NCBI GenBank assembly: GCA_963757795.1
Contig: CAVWSI010000019.1
Coordinates: forward strand, 11,177-75,176
DNA: 64,000 nucleotides
Direction of reading: 5' to 3'
Source: an uncultured Solirubrobacterales bacterium
GTDB lineage: Bacteria > Actinomycetota > Thermoleophilia > Solirubrobacterales > Solirubrobacteraceae
Below are positions 15,059 to 25,744 of this stretch, piece after piece (the stretch's first letter is position 1; every line of letters starts with the position of its first letter). A program made the translations under genes and the position numbers. The notes under the pieces are model-generated. The model was not told the DNA's origin and ran no database searches. It saw only the letters and a program-made list of their open reading frames with translations.

Positions 15059-16037
<979 letters not shown>

Positions 16038-16051
16038 TATACGGTTCAGGC

Positions 16052-16075
16052 GTTCTCACCGAACTCGCCGGGTAT
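16052..16075 (+). promoter_or_regulatory. SigB/SigF-type stress promoter candidate
   Basis: GTTC-N14-GGGTAT ending 10 nt before the yihY-like GTG. Confidence 0.5.
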
Positions 16076-16085
16076 CTACACAACC

Positions 16086-17027
16086 GTGGATCCGCTCGCT
16101 CCCCTCCACACCTTCGACCGCTTCCAGCAGGGGCACAAAGCCTGGGCGATCCCGATGGCCGTGATCAGGAAGTTCGGCAACGACCAGGCCGGCAACCTGG
16201 CCGCGCTCATCGCCTACTACGCCTTCTTCTCGATCTTCCCTCTGCTGCTGGTGTTCACGACGATCCTCGGCTTCGTCGTCCAGGGCAACGACAAGCTCTA
16301 CAGCGACGTCCAGGACTCCGTGCTCGGTCATTTCCCCGGCCTCCAGCTCGGCACCCATCCGCTGTCCGGGAGCGTCACCGCGCTCATCATCGGTCTGCTC
16401 GGCTCCCTGTGGGGCGGCCTCGGCGTGACCCAGGCGGCTCAGAATGCCTTTGACCGGGTGTGGGCGGTTCCGTTCAAGGACCGCCCGGATTTCATCCACT
16501 CGCGCCTGCGGGGCTTGCTGCTGCTGATCTGCCTGGGCGCGTTGTTCATGGCCTCCGCGGTCGTCACGTCGCTGGTCACCGTGACGCTCTCGGGTGTGCT
16601 GGTCAAGCTGGCGGGCTATCTGATCACGCTGGGCGTGAACTTCGGCCTGTACGTCGCGGCCTTCCGCTTCCTGACGTCCGCGACGGTGCCCACCCGTTGC
16701 CTGTGGCTCGGCGCGGCCGTGGGCGCCGTGTTCCTGGAGATCCTCCAGCTCGTCGGCGGGATCTACGTCAAGCACGTGATCAGCAACGCGAGCGAGACCT
16801 ACGGCTCGTTCGCCACCGTGATCGGGCTGCTCGTCTGGCTGCATCTCCTGGCGCAGATGACGCTGTACGCGGCGGAGATCAACGTCGTGGTGGTGCGAAA
16901 GCTGTGGCCGCGCAGCCTGCTCGGGCCGCCCGACATCCCGGCCGACCAGGAGACGCTGCGCGCGCTGGCCAAGGTCGAGGAGCGCCACGACGACGAGCAG
17001 GTCGACGTGCGCTTCACGAACGGCTGA
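16086..17027 (+). CDS. YihY/virulence factor BrkB family membrane protein
   Basis: AALIAYYAFFSIFPLLL, YGSFATVIGLLVWL..LYAAEIN. Confidence 0.9.
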   Translation: MDPLAPLHTFDRFQQGHKAWAIPMAVIRKFGNDQAGNLAALIAYYAFFSIFPLLLVFTTILGFVVQGNDKLYSDVQDSVLGHFPGLQLGTHPLSGSVTALIIGLLGSLWGGLGVTQAAQNAFDRVWAVPFKDRPDFIHSRLRGLLLLICLGALFMASAVVTSLVTVTLSGVLVKLAGYLITLGVNFGLYVAAFRFLTSATVPTRCLWLGAAVGAVFLEILQLVGGIYVKHVISNASETYGSFATVIGLLVWLHLLAQMTLYAAEINVVVVRKLWPRSLLGPPDIPADQETLRALAKVEERHDDEQVDVRFTNG

Positions 17028-17051
17028 CCGGCGGGGCCCGGGGCTCGGTCG

Positions 17052-20000
17052 TCAGAAAAGCCGGTCGGGGGCCTCGCGCCGGGTCATCTCGAGTGGCCAG
17101 GAGCACAGGCCGCCCTCGGCCGGGCACCCGTCGCACACGCCCGCGGTGCGGTGCCTCGGTCACCGCGAAGTCGCCGCGCAGCACTCCGCCGGCCAGTGCG
17201 CTCATCTCGGCCTCCAGCGCCGGCGCCAGCTCGCGCGTGAAACGGGCCACCGCCGGGCGCTGGGGCAGCTCGAGGAACGTGTGGATGACCTCCACGCGCT
17301 CGGCGCCCGCCCGCAGCGCGGCCAGCGCGTAGAGGAGCCGCTGGGTGCCGTAGGCGGTGTCGGCCAGCGCTTGGGGATCGGCGCCCTCGAGCCGGTCGGT
17401 CTTGTAGTCGACGATCAGGGTGAGACCGCCGGGCTCGCGCGCGATCACGTCGAACACCCCAGCCACCAGCACGCCAGGCCCAGGGAGCAGGAAGCCGAAG
17501 CGCTCCTCGCGCCGGACCCCGATGGCGCGTCCCAGCCGCCGGCACAGTTCGCCGCCGGCGAAGCGGTCGACGAGCTCGATGACCTGCGCGGCGTCGGCGC
17601 CCGCCGGCGCCACGGTCAGCCCGAAGCCGCGACGCCGCGGCCGCCACCGTCGCCTCGGTCATCAGCGCCGGCCGGCGGAAATCCAGCCGCTCGAGCAGGG
17701 CGTGCACGAGCGAACCGCGCTCGGTGGCGCTGAGCGTCGCCCGCCGGCAGATCGGTGCGCGGTGCCCGCGCCCTGGCCCGGGCCGGGCGGCAGCCGGAGC
17801 ACCCGCTCGACGTAGAAGCGATAGCCGCACCGCTGGTATTCGGCGAGCGCTGTGTAGCTGAGCGCGTCGATCGGCGGCGCCGGGGACGCCGCCGGGGCGC
17901 GGCGCCGCCGGCGCCGGGTAATCCGGCTCGCCCGGCCGCGCTCCACCGCGGCGATCCACGATCCGCACCTCCGGCGCAGGCGCCACCACGTCCTCGGGCG
18001 CCACGAAGCTCACCGCCACCCCGTCCAGCTCCGCCACCGCCGGCCCGATCCAGGCGATCGGGCGCCTCCGGGCCGGCCTCCGTTCGAATCGAGCTCCGGC
18101 CAAACCTCGAGCTTGGCGGCCCCGCTGAGGATCAGCCGCTCGCGGGCGCGGGTCATCGCGACGTAGAACAGCCGCCGCTCCTCGGCCGACTCGGCGGCCA
18201 GGCGCTCGTCGCCGAGCGCTCTGGTAGTCGAGCGCCGACTCGCGCCGGGCGGTCCCGGGCTGGGACAGGCGCAGGCCGAAGCGCCCGTCGCGGCCGACCC
18301 GCATCAGCTCTGCGCGCCAGCGCGGCCCGCGGCCCAGGTCGGCCACGCACACGACGTCGAACTCGAGCCCCTTGGCCCGGTGGATGGTCATGAGGCGCAC
18401 CGCGTCGAGCGCCTCGCCCTCGACCGGCGCCTCGGACTCGCGCGCCTCGCCGGCTCCAGTCCCCGAGCACGCCCGGCGCGCCACCAGCTCGAGGAACGCA
18501 TGGAGGTCGGGGCCGTGAACGGCCTCGTGCTCGCGGGCCAGGCGCATGAGCTTGCGCACATTGGCCAGCCGGCGCGAACCGCCCGGCATCCCCAGCACGG
18601 CCAGGTCGTAGCTCGGTGCGCTCGATCACGCGGTCGATCAGGGACTCGACCGCCGTCCGGCCGGCCGCCTCCCGCTCGATGGAGAACCATTCAGCGAACC
18701 GCGACAGCAGATCCCGATCCTCGCAAGCCAGCTCGTCGAACGCGCCTCGGGCTGGCGCAGCACCGACCACGGGTCGACCCCGCGAGTCCGCGCCACCGCC
18801 GCGAGCACAACCAGCGCGTCGGCCGACACCCCCACGAGCGGCGAGGCGAGGACCGTGTAGAGCGCCTCCTCGGCGCGCGGGTTGGCGAGCGCCTCGAGGT
18901 AGGCGACCATGTCGATCACCTGGGGATGGGACCAGTAGCCGCGCCCGCCGATCACGTAGGTGGGGATCCCCTGTTCTTCGAGCGCGCGCTCGTAGACCCG
19001 CAGGTCGGTGGTGGCGCGGGTCAGGAGGACCACGTCGCGCGCGGCGGTGGTCCGGACTCAGCAGCCGCTCCACCCGGCGGGCCAGGGCGCGCGCCTCGGC
19101 CACCCGCCACGGCGCGCCCAGCCCCTCCATCGTCCAGTCGGCGCCCTTGTCGGCGACCAGCAGCTCCACGAGCGGCTCGTCGGGCGCCGGCGCCAGGTCA
19201 CGCGCCCGGCGCGCAGCGGCCGGAACCGATCGCTCAGCGCGCGCTCGAACACGCCGTTGATCACCGCCAGGATCTCGGGCCGCGAGCGGAAGTTGGTATC
19301 GAGCGTGGCGCGGGCTCCGAGCGCGGCCAGCGAGGCGCCGCGCCGCTCGAACTGCTCCACGTCGGCATGGCGGAAGCCGTAGATCGACTGCTGTGCGTCG
19401 CCGACCGTGAACAGGTTCTCGTGCGCGATCGACTCGATCAGCTCGAGCTGCACCTGGTTGGTGTCCTGGAGCTCGTCGACCATGATCCGGGCAAAGCGCG
19501 CCCGGTAGCGCTCGCGCAGCTCGGAGTCGGCGCGCAGGAGCTCGCGGCATTCGAGCTCGAGGTCCTCGAAGTCGAGGCCCGAGACCTCGCGCTTGGCGCG
19601 CGCGTAGCGCTCGCCGAACAGGCGCAGGAGGCGGTCGAGGAGCTCGTGGACACGCGGATCGCGCGGCGGTGCTCGCAGGCCCGGCGGAAGGCGGTCAGGG
19701 CCTCGCTGTAGCGCAGGCAGGCCTCGCTCGAAAGCGCGGCGCCGTTACCCCCGGGCAGCGCCAGCGCGTAGAGGTCCCCCGGCCACGGCTCTTCCGCGGC
19801 GGCCAGCAGCTCCGGGCAGCGCTCGAGCCGGGCCAGCGCCTCGATCACCTTGCGCTGCCCGGGTCAACGATCGCGCCGAGCTCGCGCGCCGCCGCCGCGG
19901 CCGCGTCGGCGAGCTCGCGCCGGGCCGCGGTCCAGGTCCGGAACTGGTCCCCGCCCACCCAGCGCGGGCAGCCGCGGCCGCCGCTCGCCCCGGGAGCGCA

Positions 20001-20525
20001 GCTCGTCGTGCACCTGGAGGATCGCGCTGCGCAAGCCCGCCGGCCGTGTACGCGGCGATCAGGTCGATCATGCGAGGGGCGGTGCGACCGAGCTCCTCCA
20101 GCGCGTCCTCGAAGGCGGCGTCGGCCAGCCGCTCGGCGTCGGGCGCGTCGAGCACGACGAACGCCGGGTCGAGACCGGCGGCCAGCGCGTGGGCGCGCAG
20201 CAGGCGCGCGCAGAAGCCGTGGATGGTCGAGATGAACGCGCCTTCGGTGGCCCGCGCCGCCTCGTCGGCGCCGAGCTCGCGCAGCCGGCCGCGGATGCGA
20301 TCGCGCATCTCGGCGGCCGCCTTCTCGGTGAACGTGATCGTGAGGATCGCGCCGCACCTCGATCCCGTCTTCGAGCACCGAGCGCACGAACCGCTCGACC
20401 AGCACCGAGGTCTTGCCGCTGCCGGCGCCGGCGTCGAGCAGCAGGTCGCCCTCGCGGCGCTCGATCGCCACCAGCTGCTCGTCGGTGAAGGCGCGCTCGG
20501 TCCGTGTCGGTCTCCGACAGCTCAA
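17052..20525 (-). CDS. addA: AddA-like UvrD helicase-nuclease subunit (many frameshifts)
   Basis: AGAGSGKT, TFTEKAA, STIHGF, VDELQDTN, VGDAQQSIYGFR, TNFRS, MTIHRAKGLEF, YVAMTRA, nuclease IVDYKT..Q..Y. Confidence 0.88.
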
Positions 20526-23446
20526 GCACGGCAGATACCCGGGATAGCTGCACCCGTCGCGCGAGCACGTGGCCGGACACGGCTCGAGCGCGCCGGCCCG
20601 CAGCCGCGCGGCCAGCGCCAGGGCCCGGCGCGCGTGCCTCGTCGAGCACCTCGTGGAGCTCCTCGCGGCTCGCGTCCGTCGTTGCCGACCAGGCGGTCGC
20701 CCGGCGCGGCGTCCTTCAGGAACACGCCGCGGGCCCGCAGGTCGCCGCCCGCCCAGCGGCTGGTAGAAGCCGGCCACCGGCTCGAGCCCGAGCAGCTCGC
20801 GGACCGCGATCATGTACAGCGCCACCTGGAGCTGGCGGTCGCTCTCCCACCGCGCGCCCTGGTGCTCCGGGCGGGCCGAGCCGCTCTTGTAGTCGCGCAC
20901 GATGGCGTGTCCGTCCGCGCTCGGCGTCGACCCGGTCGATGATCCCGCGCAGGCGCACGTCCTCGCCCAGCTCGAGCGCCGGCAGCGAGTCCGCTGCTCG
21001 TCGTCTGATCGAATCCGAACCGCAGCTCGACGCCGCGGATCGGCCACGTGGATCCGTCGCGCGCCTCGTAGGCCAGGTAGCGCCGCAGGTCGGCCGCGAC
21101 GGCCCGCGCCCATCCCGCCCGCACCGCCTCCCCGCGGCCGGCGGCGATCCCGTGCGCCTGCTCGCCGAGCACGCTCGTCGAGCAGCTCGAGCGCCCGCGG
21201 GAGCGACTCGGGGGTGACCGGGCCGCCCAGGCGTCGGAGCACCTGCTCGAGCACCGCGTGCATGTAGCTGCCCTCGGGCCAGCGGGTCGGAATCGGGCTC
21301 GAGGCCGGCCGGCTGGAGCTCGCGCTGGACCAGCCACTTGACCGGGCAGTCGGCGTAGGTCTCGAGCGCGCCGGCCGAGAGGATCTGGCTGTGGCGGACG
21401 TGGGCCAGCGCCGCGGGGCCCAGCGACCCGATCGGCGAGGGGACCTCGCCCGACGCCGGCGCCGCCGCCGCGGCTCGGCGCGGGCCAGCTCGCGCTCGGT
21501 CGGCGCGGCATCGGCCGCCCACACCACGTCGGCCAGCATCCGCCGGCGCCGGCGCTCGGGCCAATCCTCGGCGAGCAGCTCGGCGACGTCGTCCAGGAAC
21601 GGCGAGGGCAGGGCCAGGTTGCCCTCCTCGTCGGAGCTGCGGTAGCTGAGGATCACGCGCTCGGTGGCGCGCGAGACGCTGGTGTAGAACAGGTAGCGCT
21701 CGCGGGCCAGCGCGTCCTCGCGCGGGCGCAGCCGGAGCCCGCTGCAGGCCGCCAGCTCGCGGCGCAGCTCGTCGGACAGGAACGGCTCGGGCGCGGCGGC
21801 GAGCGGGGAACTCGTTCTCCTGAAGCCCGCACACCAGCACGACCCGGAAGCGCCGGGCCCGGATCGAGAGCGGATCCGCCACGAGGACCGCCCCGGACGC
21901 GTCGGAGCCCGGCCCGGCGGGCAGCTCGAGCCGCTCGAGCAGCTCGATCAGCTCGTCGCCGGCCGGCCGCGCCTCCACCTCCGCCGAGCTCGGCCAGCGC
22001 CCGCTCGAGCGCCCACAGCGCGGGCGTCGAGCTCCTCGGCGGCTCCGAGCACCGGCGCGCGCCCCCGGTGCGGGGCGGCCAGCAGCCGCCTGGCCTGGCG
22101 CGGCCAGCTCCGCGCCGGGGTCCTCGGCGGCGCGGAGAGCGTCGATCTGGGCGAACTCGAGCTCGAACGCGGGCCACGCGCGCCGCGCCCGTGCCTGAGT
22201 CGCGGTGCGCAGGCCCTCGCGGCGCACCTCGGCCTCGAGCTGGTCGACCGCCTCGGGGCGCCTCGAGCAGCCCAGGCGCGCGCAGGTACGCGAGCACGTC
22301 CTCCGCGCGCGCGCGTTCGGGCCCGAGCAGCGCACAGCGGCGCGAGCGCGAGCAGTGCCCGCCCCAGCGCGGTGGTCGCCCACGCTCGGCGCCGCTCGAT
22401 CGCGACAGGGATCCCGTAGCGGCGAAACACCCGCTCGATCAGCGCCGCACTGCGCTCCGGCGAGCGGTACACCACCGCGATCTCCTCGCCGGGGACGCCC
22501 GCCCGCAGCAGCTCGAGCACCTCGGCGGCCACCAGCTCGGCCTCGGCCAGCTCGCCGCCCGCCTCGAGCAGCGCGATCGCCTCGCCCGGCTCAACCCTGG
22601 CCGGAGCGGGCTCGGGTTCGAACAGCGCCCGTTCCAGTTGATGAAGGGCCGCCCGCGACGCCGGATCGTAGTGCTCGCCGAGGGCCGGCAACTCGACAAC
22701 GCGCTGGGCGAGCGGGCGGAGCTCCTCGACCACCTCGGCGCGGGCCGAGAGGGCCGCCCGTCCAGGTTCGTAGGTGAGCGAGACCGTGACCTCCGCGTCC
22801 GACCACCCGCGCCAGCGTCTCGATCGCGTCGCGCTCGAGCGGGTGAAGGTCGTCGAAGCCGTAGAAGAAGACCGGCTCGACACCCCACTGCCCGGGCGCG
22901 GCGCGCAGCGCATCGAGCGCTCGCCAGGCGTACAGCTCGGCGTCGACCCGGCCGAGCTGCTCGAGCCGGACCGCGTAGCGCTCATAGATCGTGGACACGT
23001 CCCGGGCGTAACCGCGCGCGCCGCGGATCCTGGCGCGCCCAGGCCGCCATCGCCGCCGCGAAGCGTTCGGGCGTGATCAGCGAGCGTTGCAATTCGCCGA
23101 TCAGCTCGCCGGCTGCCGACGCGAACCCGGCCGTGCCGGCTGCCTCCCGCAGCGCATCGAACCCGGCGCCCTCGAGCGCCTGCTCGAGCACCCGCTCGCG
23201 CTGCAGGCGGGTCAGTCGCCGCCCGCCAAAGCCGACCCGAGCGCCGATCTCGCCCGCCAAGCCGGAGAAAGTGAGGACCGAGCCGAGGACGGCCCGCTCA
23301 CCGGCCAGCTCGCGCATGTAGTGGGCGGCGTCGGTCGCCGTCGGGACGACCAGGATCGCCCCCCGGTTCGCCGCTGCCGCGAACGCGCCAAGCACCTCCC
23401 CGGCCTTGGCCGAGTTGGCGGGTCCGAGCACGAGCGTCAGCGGCAT
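20522..23446 (-). CDS. addB: AddB-like inactive-helicase/PD-(D/E)XK nuclease subunit (many frameshifts)
   Basis: Degenerate Walker A GPANSAKA; CGLQENEFP; ERYLFY; LETYADCPVKW; LRGIIDRVD..DYKSG..QVALY; C-terminal Cys cluster; TTGA overlap with addA. Confidence 0.85.
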
Positions 23447-23503
23447 TCGCCGATGATGGCGCGTGGTGCCGACGGCATCGCGGGAACCGCCTGCGGCGGC
23501 CCG

Positions 23504-25352
23504 TCAGGCGGCCGCGCGCCCGGCGAAGCCCGAATCGCCTCCCAGCAGCGCCTCGACCTGGTCTGGTTCGACCGGGCGCGCGAACAGGTATCCCTGCGCC
23601 GTGCGGCACCCGAGCGCGGTCAGGCGGGCAAGCTGCTCGGTGGTTTCAACGCCTTCGGCGACCACCGCGATGCCCATCGGCTGGGCCATGCCCACGACCG
23701 CGCCGACGACCGCCGCGGCAGCGGGGTCCTCGAGCATCTGCGCGACGAACGACCGATCGATCTTCACCGCGCTCAGTCTGAGTCGACTGAAACGCGAAAG
23801 CGAGGAATAGCCGATCCCGAAGTCGTCCAGAGCCAGGTGGGCGCCGGTCGCCCGCAACCGGTCCAGGACGGCCATCGGCGTGTGCGTGCCGCCGCCCATA
23901 AGCGTCGTCTCGGTCAGTTCCAGGCAGACACGGTCGGCCGGCACCGCGTGGCGCCCGAGCAGCGTCGCCAGCAGCTCCGGGAGGTGCTCGTCGGTCAGCT
24001 GCCCGGCCGAGAGGTTCACGGAGACGGTCAGATCGTGGCCGGCGCGCCGCCAGTCCGCGAGTTGCTTGATCGCCTCGGCCAGTACGAACCGCCCGATCGG
24101 CAGGATCAAGCCGGTGCGCTCGGCGGCGGGGATGAACTGGGCCGGGCTGACGTCCCCCAGGTCGGGTGAGCGCCACCGCAAGAGCGCCTCCACACCCATG
24201 ACCGCCATCGTGTCGAGCGAGACGATCGGCTGGTAGACGACGCGCAGCTCACCGTGTTCGAGGGCGCGACGCAGGTGACGCTCGACGGTCAGCCGGGTCA
24301 GTGCTCGCTCGCGCATCGCCGCCTCGAACAGCCGCGCGCTGCCGCGCTGCTCGGACTTGGCCGCGAACAAGGCCAAGTCGGCATTGCGGAGCGACTCCTC
24401 GACCGGCTCGGCATCGCTCATCAGGGCGGCGCCGACGCTCACCGACAGGTGAGCTTCCGCCCCGTCGAGATCGAACGGCTCCGCGCACACCGCGAGCAGG
24501 CGATCCGCCAGCCCCTGCGCGGCCCGCGCATCGCGCACCCCGCGCGCGATGAGCACGAACTCGTCGCCGCCGGTGCGGGCGAGAAGATCATCCGCGCGCG
24601 CGTGGCCTGTCAGGCGTTGGGCCAGAAGCTCCAAGAGACGATCGCCCGCCTGGTGGCCGAGCGAATCGTTGATGAACTTGAAGCCATCGGCGTCGATCAC
24701 GTATGCCGCACCTGCCGGCTCCCCCGACCACGATTCGCCGATGTAGCCCGCGAGCCCGGCGCGGTTGGCCAGCCGCGTCAGCGGATCTTCGACGCTGCGC
24801 CGTCGGAACAGATCCGAGACCGACCTGCAGCTCACCGATGACCCGGCCGGTCACGCCGGTGGTCACCACGAGGGTCGCGACGGCCATGACCGCGAAGCCC
24901 AACATCGGGTCCTCCGCCACCGAGACGGCGGTGTGGGACTCGATGCCCGCGGCCAACCCGGCGCCGGCGATCACCGTGAGAAGCTCGACGATCACGTCCT
25001 GCCTGGGCACCAGACACACGGTCACCGGCACGAACCACAGCGACAGGAGCTGAAATCCGGACGCGAGTCCACCGCCCGCCCACGTCATCGCGCCCATCTG
25101 CACGACCCCGAAGACCATCGAGATGTTCGCCGCGCGACGAGTCAGCCGCGGCCGGCGCATGAACAACAAGGGGAGGTAGAGCGGGCAGGAGGCCAGCGCG
25201 ATCAGTACGAGCAGCCGGGGGTGAGCATCACGAGGGTGCGGCACGACGAGCCACACAGCCAGGACCGCCAATTGCAGAGGCCAGGCAAACCCCATGGCGC
25301 GCGCAAAGGTCCTGTTCAACCTCTCAGACGCGGCAGACGACATTTCGGACAT
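23504..25352 (-). CDS. membrane-bound GGDEF-EAL diguanylate cyclase/phosphodiesterase (frameshift ~24835)
   Basis: N-terminal TMs; RADD-x5-GGDEF; EAL, DDFGIGYSS, KIDRSF, EGVE, QGYLF. Confidence 0.92.
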
Positions 25353-25364
25353 GGCTTTGTCCCT

Positions 25365-25392
25365 GTATCGGCGAGCGAGCCTCGCGGGTGAG
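25365..25392 (-). promoter_or_regulatory. sigma-28 (FliA/WhiG)-type promoter candidate
   Basis: Minus strand CTCA-N16-GCCGATAC, 12 nt before the ATG at 25352. Confidence 0.55.
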
Positions 25393-25475
25393 GAATGCCG
25401 GCCCTCGTGGACGACGGGCCGGGTCCCTGGCTCGTCAACCGGACCAGGGGACCTCGAGCGGAACCGCGGCACGCC

Positions 25476-25550
25476 TCACCGCGCGAGCGGGATCCCGACC
25501 GCGACATCGCCGGGCGCCACGTCGCGAAGCACGACCGCGCCGGCACCCAC
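25476..25550 (-). pseudogene. C-terminal fragment of a hexapeptide (left-handed beta-helix) acetyltransferase
   Basis: Reads VGAGAVVLRDVAPGDVAVGIPLAR-stop with no upstream part. Confidence 0.6.
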
Positions 25551-25744
25551 GTAACAACCGGCCTCGACTTGAGCAGCCCGTGCCACCGGTGCAGGTACTC
25601 GTAGACCCGGGCGGTCAGGGCCTGACTGCGGCGGAGGCGAACCACCATCTCGGCCTGCCAGGCGTACAGCTGCTCCTGGCGCTCGGCGAGCTGATCCACG
25701 ACCGCCCGCAGCGCGGCCAGCTCATCGGCGAGCGCCGCGCCCGG

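Noticed and set aside
19845-21656. ORF apparently fusing the AddB C-terminus to the AddA N-terminus
   Set aside because: Produced by an indel near 20540; a normal TTGA stop/start overlap is present at 20522-20525
17052-23446. PD-(D/E)XK Fe-S nuclease domains read as Cas4 or a defence system
   Set aside because: They are fused to UvrD-like bodies in AddAB order; no cas genes or array in the window
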